A DNA stretch of 64,000 nt. It comes from a virus. The stretch covers positions 33,887 through 97,886 of IMG/VR virus record IMGVR_UViG_3300025684_000015, one strand, 5' to 3'. The position numbers and the translations under genes are program-made. Shown one piece after another: positions 26,285 through 35,343 of this stretch; position 1 is the stretch's first letter, and each line of letters starts with the position of its first letter. The notes beneath the pieces were generated by a model. That model did no database searches and was not told where the DNA came from. It was given only the letters and a program-made list of their open reading frames with translations.

Positions 26285-26956
26285 TTAAATATTCTCCACA
26301 TATTCATCAATTAGAGGGAAGATTTTAGCAATTGCACAAGCACATTCCCTTGCAATTTCCATATGTTCTTTTTGAGTACCATTGGCAGATCTTAGCTCAA
26401 TGTAATGAATCCAAGATCGAAGGGTACCATTCACATATAACCTAGACTTAGTCAATCCTTCAGGTAGTACAGCACGAGCTTGTTCTTTTGCAATACCATG
26501 ATCTAAAGCCCACGCATAAACTTCTTGCACCATCCAAAGTACTCTACGTTGATGCCGATCCCATTCCCTCTGAAGTTCTTCACTATCAGTTTCAATAGAG
26601 TTCTGACGATTCTTTGTATCTTGCAATCGAGCTTCTCTAATCTCAAACTCATCAGTTAAATCACGAACATCAGCATATCGTTGAGAAAACTCTTGAAATG
26701 AAAATGATCTATGCCTTAATAGTTGTCTTGCAATGTCTCGAGTTGTTTCAACTTCTATGCAAGCAGATACCATTTCGAAGGGTGACCAGTGTTTGTGCTT
26801 TGCGAGATAGGCAAGTAACCTTTCTGACGTCGCAGAAGAAATTTGGTTCGAGGGGTTGGATACACGGGCGCAATACGCCACGAGTTCTTGGATATCATTA
26901 CCGACATATAGTTCTCCTTCTGGGGTTTGCGAATATGAGATTAATCGTGCTTTCAT
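26285..26956 (-). CDS. thyX: FAD-dependent thymidylate synthase
   Basis: RHRSFSFQEFSQRY ThyX motif; HWSPFE; KEQAR.VLP. Confidence 0.95.
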   Translation of the reverse strand: MKARLISYSQTPEGELYVGNDIQELVAYCARVSNPSNQISSATSERLLAYLAKHKHWSPFEMVSACIEVETTRDIARQLLRHRSFSFQEFSQRYADVRDLTDEFEIREARLQDTKNRQNSIETDSEELQREWDRHQRRVLWMVQEVYAWALDHGIAKEQARAVLPEGLTKSRLYVNGTLRSWIHYIELRSANGTQKEHMEIARECACAIAKIFPLIDEYVENI

Positions 26957-27144
26957 GTCTGTGGATCCTGGCCTGGTTGGTAATATTGGGCTTCTTCTGG
27001 TTTTAAGGAATTTTTTATACTATCCTTAAGTATCTCGTTAAATCCTCTATCCAAAATCCATTGCTTAGCGGCTTCATCCATTTCTAATGAAATAATGCCT
27101 TGGTCTGAGTCATAGCTAATTACATCTAATTTCATAGTTTCCAT
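26953..27144 (-). CDS. Hypothetical protein
   Basis: Small ORF coupled between gp41 and thyX. Confidence 0.5.
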   Translation of the reverse strand: METMKLDVISYDSDQGIISLEMDEAAKQWILDRGFNEILKDSIKNSLKPEEAQYYQPGQDPQT

Positions 27145-28535
27145 CCATCAAATTTTTCAGCTGAAATTCTACCACCGGCATTTGACTTATCAAAAACTGG
27201 AGTATCATCAACCAGTTGTGGTTCTTGAGATTGATCCACATCGTATAGTCTCATTCTAGATCTATCTATACCGACAACAAATCTTTTATAAAGCGTGGGA
27301 TCATTATAACGATTTTTAAGTTGCTTGACCATAAGTTGTCCATCTTTTTCGAGTTCTTCGGTTGAGATGAGTGCAAACATAAGATCGGCGGTAGCGGGTA
27401 ATCCAAAAGACTCGGACGTATCTTCAAGCCCAACATCTGAGTTAGAATAACCCGAGCGAGTCGTTTGCGTTGCAGAGAACACCGGCACATCGAATTCGAC
27501 GGCAAGTCCACGTAATTCTTCAGCAACTGCTTTAATGTAAGTGTATGAGTTGATTGCACCACCCATTCCCTTCATTCGAGATGAAGCACAGATATTTAAG
27601 TAATCAATAAAGATAATATCAGGTTCAAACTGTTTCTTTAATTTCAACTCATTCAATAAAGCTCTAAAGTGCCCTGCATGAGCTGACCCAGTAGGATATT
27701 CCTTTACAATCAATCGACCTGTAGTCTTACGAGCTAAGTTTGCAATTTTACTTGTAAACATATCTTTTGACATTTTATCGAGTTGATCAATGGGAACATT
27801 CAATAAGTTAGCATCGATACGCTCAGCAATACGTTCTTCTGCCATTTCCATCGTAATATAAAGAACATTACGACCTTCTACCAAAGCGCCACTAGCAACA
27901 TGACACATGAATAGAGACTTGCCAACGCCAGTACCTGCAAGGGCAATGTTAAGTGTTTTACGTGGTACACCACCCTTTGTAATTTTATTGAGATAATCGA
28001 GATCAAAGGGAATCCTATCTTCTTCTGTATGGTAGAAATCAAATCGTTGTTCAGCATTATCAACATAATCGTGACCAACATTAGTATCAAAGGCTACGCC
28101 AAGAGCTTTTGTAAGAAGATCTGGTAAAGCATTCTTAGTTAAAGTATCATGTTTACCATCAATAATATTAATAGATTCCATTACTGCATTATAAATTGCA
28201 CGATCTTGACACCACTTTTCAGTATTATCAAGTAACCAATTTTCATCTACTGTATCACCAACAAATAATTGTTTAGCAATTTCTACTGCAGCAGTAAAAG
28301 TATCACCATTTAGATTTGAATGCTCATTTAATTCTACTAAGAAAGTTTCTTGACTTGGTAGTTTATTATATTTTGCGACAAATTTACCAGCTTCTTTAAA
28401 GAGCGCTCTATATGGCCCTTCAAAGTATTCTGGTTTAATAAATGGTAACACCTTACGCATGTAATCTTCATTAGTTAAAAGATTACGCAGTATTGTATTC
28501 TCAATTTGTAAGTTCATCTCCATTTTCCCGATCAT
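27132..28535 (-). CDS. gp41: Replicative DNA helicase (T4 gp41)
   Basis: AGTGVGKS, ITMEMAEERIAERIDAN, SESFGLPATAD; start may be ~28514. Confidence 0.97.
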   Translation of the reverse strand: MIGKMEMNLQIENTILRNLLTNEDYMRKVLPFIKPEYFEGPYRALFKEAGKFVAKYNKLPSQETFLVELNEHSNLNGDTFTAAVEIAKQLFVGDTVDENWLLDNTEKWCQDRAIYNAVMESINIIDGKHDTLTKNALPDLLTKALGVAFDTNVGHDYVDNAEQRFDFYHTEEDRIPFDLDYLNKITKGGVPRKTLNIALAGTGVGKSLFMCHVASGALVEGRNVLYITMEMAEERIAERIDANLLNVPIDQLDKMSKDMFTSKIANLARKTTGRLIVKEYPTGSAHAGHFRALLNELKLKKQFEPDIIFIDYLNICASSRMKGMGGAINSYTYIKAVAEELRGLAVEFDVPVFSATQTTRSGYSNSDVGLEDTSESFGLPATADLMFALISTEELEKDGQLMVKQLKNRYNDPTLYKRFVVGIDRSRMRLYDVDQSQEPQLVDDTPVFDKSNAGGRISAEKFDGWKL

Positions 28536-28848
28536 AAGCTTTCACAAAGCCTTCTTCAAGGCCTTTATCAATAATATCTAATAATACCATACCAGCGAAG
28601 TTTTGTAAACCATTATTTTCAACTGATAGGTTTTCATCGGGTGTATCTACAATTTGAAAGTCAAAAGTTAATGCCTCTTCTTTATCGTTATATCCAATTT
28701 CACCAAAGACAATAGTAGTCTCCACGAAGTCACCAGACTCAAAGCGTACTGCCCAAGCATCTGGATGTTCTTCGTGGTGTACTAATTTATAGTCTTTATT
28801 TTCACTCAATGATATCATCATCAATCTCAATAATCTTATTGCCACCAA
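28501..28848 (-). CDS. Hypothetical protein at the T4 gp40 position
   Basis: Between uvsX and gp41; homology to gp40 not evident; start uncertain. Confidence 0.55.
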   Translation of the reverse strand: MVAIRLLRLMMISLSENKDYKLVHHEEHPDAWAVRFESGDFVETTIVFGEIGYNDKEEALTFDFQIVDTPDENLSVENNGLQNFAGMVLLDIIDKGLEEGFVKAYDRENGDELTN

Positions 28849-29848
28849 TTTTATAACACTGAGTTAAATATTCTTTAAAATCGGTTTCTTCAAAAATAGA
28901 TGTCCAGAATTCGGGGTCAAGAGTTTGTTTTTCTCGTACCTTTTGATCTGAAATTTCTCCAGTTTCTCTATCAACTTTGGCGTACCAGCCATTAGAAGGT
29001 TTGGCAATATAGTTACCTGTAAGTGCAATTTCACGAAGACCAGAGAACTTTTGTACGCCACCTTCCCAAGATACTGAAATAGGAATCTTTGATTTTTCTT
29101 TGACATAACGAGATTTCTCAACGTTAATTACAAAGTCATAACCAGTAATTTCAGTTCCAGTCTTATTTTGTCGGCGACCAAGAATCCAGATATTATCGGC
29201 TGAGTAATAGATACCAGTACCACCAGAAACAATAGCCTTAGGGAACAATCCAATCTCTTGATAAGTATGGTTAACCGCAATCAATGGGATATTCTTCATT
29301 GCTAGATATGGTGTACACATACGGAACAAACCTTTTAATGCTTTTGCACGAGACATATCAGCAACTGATTTCTCATTCAGTGCATCTTCAAGTTCTTTCT
29401 TTGAAGCTAGGTTACCAACAGAGTCAATAACAATACAAACTCGATCGTTATAATCTAAAGACTCTAATTGATGTACAATATCAAATTTAAGTTCTTCTAC
29501 GTTTGTAATAGGTGTGTGCAATACCCGAGAAGTATCGATCTCGAATTGTTCAAAGTATTGTTGTGGTGAACCAAACTCTGAATCATAAAACAATAATACT
29601 GCTTCAGGATATTTTTTAAGATATGCCGAAGCCATAATCAATGCAAACGAAGTTTTAAAGTGTTTTGATGGACCGGCAAGAACTGTTAGTCCTGGAGCTA
29701 GACCACCATCAGCACTGCCAGATAAAGCTACGTTAATCATTGGTACATCTGTTGGGATCATATCTTTATCGGTAAAGAATTTAGATTCAGAAAGAACTTC
29801 AGTGTGTTTGACTCTGGAATTCTTTTTTAGTTTATCCATAATGGACAT
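28802..29848 (-). CDS. uvsX: RecA-like recombinase UvsX
   Basis: AGPSKHFKT, YDSEFG, DSVGNLASKKE, ADMSRAK. Confidence 0.97.
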   Translation of the reverse strand: MSIMDKLKKNSRVKHTEVLSESKFFTDKDMIPTDVPMINVALSGSADGGLAPGLTVLAGPSKHFKTSFALIMASAYLKKYPEAVLLFYDSEFGSPQQYFEQFEIDTSRVLHTPITNVEELKFDIVHQLESLDYNDRVCIVIDSVGNLASKKELEDALNEKSVADMSRAKALKGLFRMCTPYLAMKNIPLIAVNHTYQEIGLFPKAIVSGGTGIYYSADNIWILGRRQNKTGTEITGYDFVINVEKSRYVKEKSKIPISVSWEGGVQKFSGLREIALTGNYIAKPSNGWYAKVDRETGEISDQKVREKQTLDPEFWTSIFEETDFKEYLTQCYKIGGNKIIEIDDDIIE

Positions 29849-29882
29849 ATAGTACTCCTATTTCCTTTTGATTAATTAAGTT

Positions 29883-29915
29883 ATATTATACCATAAATTC
29901 ATCTAATTGTAAACC
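29883..29915 (-). promoter_or_regulatory. Sigma70-type promoter upstream of uvsX
   Basis: TTTACA...TGGTATAAT overlapping the 3' end of the MTase gene. Confidence 0.6.
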
Positions 29916-31091
29916 ATTATTTTCATATTGTAGTGTTTGACTTTTATTATCTTGAATAAGAAAATTAGTATCAAGCATTTTATTATGAGATCTACCCTCA
30001 ATAAAAGACTTTACTTCCATAGCCATATCTTTTGCTGTAGAAACTGGTACGTTTTGGCAAATGTGATTTAAGTTTGATAAACCACCATGAAGCTGAAAAT
30101 CATTAGGCAATTTCATAATTGCCAAACATTCACGAATAGTTAGGTATCGATCTTCATCAGGATGAGTTAATGACGTTGGCATATGGCCAACAAAAGCACC
30201 AATATAATCCTTAGGGATCTCGGTATTCTTTCTCATGATATTACCACCAGCCGCAAGTTTATCGTACATACGAATGCACTTGGCTTCTTCACGCTCATAG
30301 TTATGAGCTTTCATCCATTTACCTACATCTAAATATGAGATCTTATGTGCCTCAATATAGTCTAATGGATTCGTGGTTTTTTCAATCTTATTTGCAAATT
30401 CCGCATGAGTAATACCTCCTTCTATTTCTTGAAGGACGTACTTATAAAACGGATTATCAGACGGCACACGAGAATTTGTGAGGATTTGGCTCATTGGATC
30501 ATTAGGATCCCGTTTCACGGAACGTATCGTATCCTCGATTTTTTCGTGGTCCCTCTTTATATATTCAAAAACAGGGACTTTATCGCCCTTCCAGAAAAAA
30601 TAAAATGTTCTATCTCTTACTTGCGAAAGGCCATGAAGAAGCGACTTAGTTTTGAAGATTGAGAAGGAATATCCAAATTCAGTTCCAATTGCTCTGAGTT
30701 TTGAGACGATCGGCGATCCCATTTTGCTTGCCAAGCGCGGTGCATTTTCCCCCCAAAAAACTGTAGGTTTAATATGCTCAAGCACAAGACGTGATGTATG
30801 TAACATCCAGTCATTTGTAGGGCTATCAGAAGCGGAAGAAGGACTAAGGCTGCTAAGGCCAGCGCAAGGGCAAACGGTGTTAACAACATCAACGCCATGA
30901 GCGCTACCCAGCTTTGAAGTATCATTGTCAAGGAGTGTGTATGGTACTGTTCCTCCGTAGTATTCGAGGAGGTGTTTGTCGTTGTTTGAAAAAACTTCAT
31001 AGCTTAAAATATACTCCGGCTTTGTTCCAAATGCTTGTTGCATTGCTATAGTTTCACCGCCAATAAGTGGTACTATACTCGCATAATTCAT
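29886..31091 (-). CDS. DNA cytosine-C5 methyltransferase-like protein (atypical motif I)
   Basis: PC (VCPCAGLS), EN (GENAP), QVRDR, RYLTIREC motifs; motif I is VPLIGG rather than FxGxGG. Confidence 0.75.
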   Translation of the reverse strand: MNYASIVPLIGGETIAMQQAFGTKPEYILSYEVFSNNDKHLLEYYGGTVPYTLLDNDTSKLGSAHGVDVVNTVCPCAGLSSLSPSSASDSPTNDWMLHTSRLVLEHIKPTVFWGENAPRLASKMGSPIVSKLRAIGTEFGYSFSIFKTKSLLHGLSQVRDRTFYFFWKGDKVPVFEYIKRDHEKIEDTIRSVKRDPNDPMSQILTNSRVPSDNPFYKYVLQEIEGGITHAEFANKIEKTTNPLDYIEAHKISYLDVGKWMKAHNYEREEAKCIRMYDKLAAGGNIMRKNTEIPKDYIGAFVGHMPTSLTHPDEDRYLTIRECLAIMKLPNDFQLHGGLSNLNHICQNVPVSTAKDMAMEVKSFIEGRSHNKMLDTNFLIQDNKSQTLQYENNGLQLDEFMV

Positions 31092-31092
31092 A

Positions 31093-31905
31093 TTAAAAAA
31101 ATTCCTCTAAGCTATTTGTTTGACTTGACAAATAAGCTTTTTTATGTTGAATAGTAGTAGCTAATTTAATCTGACCTTTCCATGGACCAGATGGAACTAA
31201 CTTTTCTTTTACCTTTATATATTCAGGCCATAAAGAAGCTAATTGGCGTTGAGCTTCGTTATGTACTTCAAGTGTGCGCCATGTAGAACAACCACCTTCA
31301 GCATTTGTTTCTGAACATGTTACCATATACTTAGCACTAATTCTATTTTTAAACCCACGAGTTAGAAGTTGTAAATTTACATCAAAATCTTCTGCTGCAG
31401 CAACGCGATTCCATTCAATATCAGTTGGCACATTTGGACCGTCATAAAAAACATTAGTCATAATGCGCTGGCATTCACGAATTGGCCATTGATTTACATC
31501 TGGGATAACCCATGCAGGTAAGAATCCACCATAGATAATTCCTTCATCCATCCAATCATTTATTAGATTAAATGCATCATCAAAGTCTTGACGAGTAAAT
31601 TTACGACTTAGCCATTTGGTTCCTTCACCCGGATTTGGTTCTTTTACAACAAAGTCTAAGTCATCATCTAATACCATATGACGAGTATTTTTAAATTCGT
31701 TAAAGATCCATTCTCGAGTTGGAGCAATCCTATTAATTTCTTCTGGAAGCTTTAAAACTTTATTGCCATAGATCTCAACCATTTCATCAAATTCATGAGC
31801 TTGTACGACAAAGAATGTTTTATTTTGATATTCTTCTGGTAGGTTATTATAGGTAATTTGTTTATTGACTCTACCAAGAGTTGGGATAATAAAGCAATCG
31901 ATCAT
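31093..31905 (-). CDS. GT-A fold glycosyltransferase (TET/JBP-associated-like, putative DNA-modifying)
   Basis: IIPTLGR, LDDDL, EDFD..LQLL..G, GGCS.WR. Confidence 0.75.
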   Translation of the reverse strand: MIDCFIIPTLGRVNKQITYNNLPEEYQNKTFFVVQAHEFDEMVEIYGNKVLKLPEEINRIAPTREWIFNEFKNTRHMVLDDDLDFVVKEPNPGEGTKWLSRKFTRQDFDDAFNLINDWMDEGIIYGGFLPAWVIPDVNQWPIRECQRIMTNVFYDGPNVPTDIEWNRVAAAEDFDVNLQLLTRGFKNRISAKYMVTCSETNAEGGCSTWRTLEVHNEAQRQLASLWPEYIKVKEKLVPSGPWKGQIKLATTIQHKKAYLSSQTNSLEEFF

Positions 31906-31923
31906 AATATAATTCTTTCAAAA

Positions 31924-31953
31924 TGGGTTGAGGAGCGTAGAATCTCCTCAACC
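31924..31953. terminator. GC-rich intergenic stem-loop
   Basis: GGGTTGAGGAG...CTCCTCAACCC inverted repeat. Confidence 0.5.
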
Positions 31954-31961
31954 CGGTTCCC

Positions 31962-32090
31962 TTAGTTGACGTTTTCAGATTGACCAGCTGATTTTGTGGC
32001 CCAAGCTAAATCAATTTCTAATTGTTTAACGCGTTGCGACAGCTGCTGTAATTGTAAAAATAAATCTTCATTAGTTGTTTTTGTTTCCAT
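31962..32090 (-). CDS. Small coiled-coil protein (42 aa)
   Basis: Start reassigned to METKTT (AAAGGTG RBS). Confidence 0.45.
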   Translation of the reverse strand: METKTTNEDLFLQLQQLSQRVKQLEIDLAWATKSAGQSENVN

Positions 32091-32115
32091 GATGGGTAAC
32101 ACCTTTGTTTCTTTT

Positions 32116-32562
32116 TCAAATGAATTCGTATTTGATACCAGTCTCATCAAACATCTCCTTAGTTTTGCGCCAAGATACTTCCCAAACTGGTGGTATTTCC
32201 ATGTTGCGCATAACAACACGTTTTACACCAACTTGAATAATACCCTTTGCGCATTCTGAACATACTGGTAGTCCAGTGACATATAATGTAGCATTATCTA
32301 AAGATACTCCATTATATCCTGCATTATAAATTACGTTCATTTCAGCGTGAACTACCAGCTCGTATTTCCTTTCGCGATCATTATAACGTTCGTCGTTATC
32401 ATCAATCCCTCGAGGAAAACCATTAAAGCCTTGGGCTAATACTTGACCTTTGGCTCCTACCGCCACAGCACCAATTTTGCGTGACGGGTCTTTCGACCAA
32501 CTTGCTACTTCTTCAGCAAGTTTTAAATATCTTTGATCCCACTTATCTAATCCCATATACAA
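32116..32562 (-). CDS. cd: dCMP deaminase
   Basis: SKDPS.KIGAV, HAEMN, PVCSECAK. Confidence 0.93.
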   Translation of the reverse strand: MYMGLDKWDQRYLKLAEEVASWSKDPSRKIGAVAVGAKGQVLAQGFNGFPRGIDDNDERYNDRERKYELVVHAEMNVIYNAGYNGVSLDNATLYVTGLPVCSECAKGIIQVGVKRVVMRNMEIPPVWEVSWRKTKEMFDETGIKYEFI

Positions 32563-32563
32563 A

Positions 32564-33286
32564 TCACTCTTTCCAGTTAGGATCTACTAATGTAAAGTGG
32601 CGAGAATACACGTGGAGATTTTGTACTTGCCAAATAATACTACCAGCTGTAGCTTGTAGATCAGTACTTAGTGAATTAAAATCATCTACTAAATGATCCA
32701 ATACATACTTTTGCCAAGCATAATCATTTTTATAACCAAACACAACATCATTTGATCTCATTTGGACAACAGCGTGTAATTCATATTCAAAGTTTTTTTC
32801 AACATCTCCAACTTCTGGTCTTAGATAATATGAAACAGTGTTTGTACAAATAAAGTCATTTTTATCATGTTCTTTATATTCTTCCCAAATTGACGGGCGA
32901 GTATAGACCATAGTTGCTCGACGAGTAGTTTCTTGATTTGCTAACAATTCGTCAAGAACTTGTCCATACTGGTTATAATATTTATCAGAATAAATTAGAT
33001 AACCATAGTTAGAATTTGTTTCACCATGTTTATTTGCGCTGTGTTTCCATGCAGCAGGTACTCCATTTGGATACTGGATATCATTTACGTTAGTGCTCAT
33101 AGACTCATACCAATCAATTTCTGATTTAATGTATGCATCATTAGGAGTACCAAAAATATATGGTTGATCAGCTTCAAAACTAGCACCAATGATTTCAATC
33201 ATTTTACAACCGGTGCGATCAATTTGAAACTTTTCATTATCTAAAGCGTAAATAAAAGTATCTCTAATATCTTCAGTTTTTAGCAT
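32564..33286 (-). CDS. gp42: dCMP hydroxymethylase (T4 gp42-type)
   Basis: IEIIGASF.AD, NSNYG, DFICTNTV, MRSNDVVFGYKNDYAWQKYVL, LHVYSRHF closely follow T4 gp42 as I recall it, including the cytosine-specifying Asp. Confidence 0.9.
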   Translation of the reverse strand: MLKTEDIRDTFIYALDNEKFQIDRTGCKMIEIIGASFEADQPYIFGTPNDAYIKSEIDWYESMSTNVNDIQYPNGVPAAWKHSANKHGETNSNYGYLIYSDKYYNQYGQVLDELLANQETTRRATMVYTRPSIWEEYKEHDKNDFICTNTVSYYLRPEVGDVEKNFEYELHAVVQMRSNDVVFGYKNDYAWQKYVLDHLVDDFNSLSTDLQATAGSIIWQVQNLHVYSRHFTLVDPNWKE

Positions 33287-33686
33287 TGGTTACTCTTTCC
33301 CTCAATCCACTTGTTGAAAATCTATGATCACGCTTATTAAAATATAGTATGATATCCCGTTGTTTACAAATATCTCTACCAGTGAAATCTGTATCTTTAT
33401 ATTCTACACCAAGAATGCGAATTTGTACATCCCTCATTTGCAAAATATCTTCAAGATCTGATTCGTGTAAATATGGGATAACTTCATCCACATATTTTAC
33501 TGCTTCGAGTTGAGTATATCTTTCCACTATCGTTTGAACGGGTGGATTTTTTTCTTTACGATCAATACTCGGATCAATTTGTAAACATGCAATTAGATAG
33601 TCGCATTGTTGCTTTGCTTCACGTAACATTTCTACATGACCAGCATGAAGCAAATCAAACGTCGACGCTGTTATTCCCACTCTCAT
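33273..33686 (-). CDS. Glycerol-3-phosphate cytidylyltransferase-like (TagD family)
   Basis: TFDLLHAGH (HxGH), ER...L.AVKYVDEV, R...FSTS. Confidence 0.85.
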   Translation of the reverse strand: MRVGITASTFDLLHAGHVEMLREAKQQCDYLIACLQIDPSIDRKEKNPPVQTIVERYTQLEAVKYVDEVIPYLHESDLEDILQMRDVQIRILGVEYKDTDFTGRDICKQRDIILYFNKRDHRFSTSGLRERVTNAKN

Positions 33687-34032
33687 CAGAATTACTCACC
33701 TTGATTGTTGCAGTTGCAGATTTTGGTTTATTAAACATATTATGATTAGCATTTTGACCTTCCATCTTACCACGAATATATGATACAGCAAAGGAACAAT
33801 AATTAATCATATCTTTATATGTGTCTTCAAGAGATTCAAATTGTGGATCACCACCAGCTTCAAGAAGCGATTGAGCACGAATAAGTTTTTGTGAAATCAT
33901 ATCATGGATAGTATCTACGCCACGACGATAATGCATTGCTTGAACAATATTCGAATTCTCATTTTGATAATCTTGAGATTTTTTAGTTTGCAGCTCTGCA
34001 CATTCTTGCAAAACTTTAACAGATTCCTTCAT
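33655..34032 (-). CDS. Nucleotide-modification-associated helical domain (Nmad/DUF1599-like)
   Basis: KK.QDY...K..R...ESLEDT..DMINY. Confidence 0.65.
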   Translation of the reverse strand: MKESVKVLQECAELQTKKSQDYQNENSNIVQAMHYRRGVDTIHDMISQKLIRAQSLLEAGGDPQFESLEDTYKDMINYCSFAVSYIRGKMEGQNANHNMFNKPKSATATIKVSNSDESGNNSVDV

Positions 34033-34630
34033 CTACAGACTCCCATGTTGGAAAAATATTAATACGCTTTTCAGTCCATTCACCTAATACAGTAATTATA
34101 CCAGGTTTATCAGCTCTTGTAAAGGATAAAGTGCTGCGCGCACCACCAGTATCCTTCCATTTTTGTGTGGTTAAAGAAAGATCTACAATAGAGACATGCA
34201 TACCAATAATACGCATTTTATCATCGAATTGAAATCTTTTTAATAGATGGACATCAACTTTCTTACCACCATTATTATTACCGACCCACTGACGGTTTGA
34301 TGGATCTTGTGAACAAGCATTCTTATCTTCAATAGGAACACCTTTGTAGACATGATCATAGCCATCAGCCATTTCTTCGTAAATATCTATACCAATTTCT
34401 TTCAATGAATCGATGAATAGAGTATTCAATGGAATATTTACTTGCTTACTGCGTTCTGCAGATCTTTGGCTAGAATCTACTTCATCAAGAACTTCGTATA
34501 GTTCTTTACCATACCAAGCTTTTGCAGCTGGTAGTTTTTCTTGATTCCATCGAGCAGCTACTAGTGGAGCAACTTGTTGGATGCCTTCAATAAGATCTGT
34601 ATAAAAACCTGACGTATTCATTATTACCAC
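34016..34630 (-). CDS. Putative restriction-endonuclease-fold protein
   Basis: GYD...IEDK resembling PD-(D/E)xK. Confidence 0.4.
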   Translation of the reverse strand: MVIMNTSGFYTDLIEGIQQVAPLVAARWNQEKLPAAKAWYGKELYEVLDEVDSSQRSAERSKQVNIPLNTLFIDSLKEIGIDIYEEMADGYDHVYKGVPIEDKNACSQDPSNRQWVGNNNGGKKVDVHLLKRFQFDDKMRIIGMHVSIVDLSLTTQKWKDTGGARSTLSFTRADKPGIITVLGEWTEKRINIFPTWESVDEGIC

Positions 34631-34833
34631 TCCTTATGATTTCCAGCAGCTTCGTTTTCTTCAAAGCCTTTAGTATAAGCTACAATTTCAGCAGCTGACA
34701 TGTCGCGACATTCAACCGGCTGACCATTATATGTTCCATCTTTATAGTAGTGCGGGTTATATGGGCGGCGATAATAACTATCAGCCATTCCACGATCATA
34801 AGGATAACCATGACGAGTATCAACAACATTCAT
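34624..34833 (-). CDS. Hypothetical early protein
   Basis: HG.PYDRG.ADSYY.R...PHY phage motif; start approximate. Confidence 0.65.
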   Translation of the reverse strand: MNVVDTRHGYPYDRGMADSYYRRPYNPHYYKDGTYNGQPVECRDMSAAEIVAYTKGFEENEAAGNHKEW

Positions 34834-34846
34834 AATATGATCTCCC

Positions 34847-35020
34847 TTAAAACTTGATTGAAGCTAAACCAGCATCGATTGGATCAATAATATATCCAAG
34901 ATCTTTTGCAACTTTATACACTACAGCTTCAGTAGGAAGATCTGAAGATAGACTCTGACAATAAGCAACAATCTCTTGCCAATTTGTATGTGGGATTTCA
35001 CGAGCTTTAAATTCAATCAT
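34847..35020 (-). CDS. Hypothetical early protein
   Basis: Start reassigned to MIEFK behind GAGGAG. Confidence 0.55.
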   Translation of the reverse strand: MIEFKAREIPHTNWQEIVAYCQSLSSDLPTEAVVYKVAKDLGYIIDPIDAGLASIKF

Positions 35021-35037
35021 GGTAGACTCCTCATTAC

Positions 35038-35124
35038 CTTTTTTCATTTTATAAGTATATTATACCATGAAAAGTCGGGTTTGTAAACAAAAAAATGCAC
35101 TTAATTTCAAAAAAAGTGCATTTA
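35038..35124 (-). promoter_or_regulatory. Early promoter/stem-loop repeat, copy 5
   Basis: AAATGCACTT...AAGTGCATTT hairpin, TTTACA-17-TATAAT, conserved leader. Confidence 0.85.
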
Positions 35125-35343
35125 ATTATCATTATCTGGAGAGACTATAAACGAATTTTTTAACTCATTTATATCTACCATAGTTCTATTGCCAGCTTCG
35201 TCTTCAACAGCAACTTGAAATGTTTCACCTTCAATGGCGCATAAAGAATCAAGAAGATCTATTAGTTCTCTAGTACTATCATCGATCTTTTTATCTTCTT
35301 TTTTCTTCTGATAAAATTCAAAATCGTATATATTACTCATCAC
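35122..35343 (-). CDS. Hypothetical protein
   Basis: Coupled to primase-like gene. Confidence 0.55.
   Translation of the reverse strand: MMSNIYDFEFYQKKKEDKKIDDSTRELIDLLDSLCAIEGETFQVAVEDEAGNRTMVDINELKNSFIVSPDNDN

Noticed and set aside
32564-33286. Annotation as ordinary ThyA thymidylate synthase
   Set aside because: It has the gp42-type ND motif rather than the TS PFN motif, and ThyX is present separately
25872-35047. ORF-track starts MKKG... at 26162 and 35047
   Set aside because: That ATG is part of the invariant promoter leader; better RBS-ATG pairs lie downstream
3621-35124. Palindromic repeats as a CRISPR array or IS ends
   Set aside because: Copies are kilobases apart, each contains a promoter, and there are no regular spacers, cas genes or transposase
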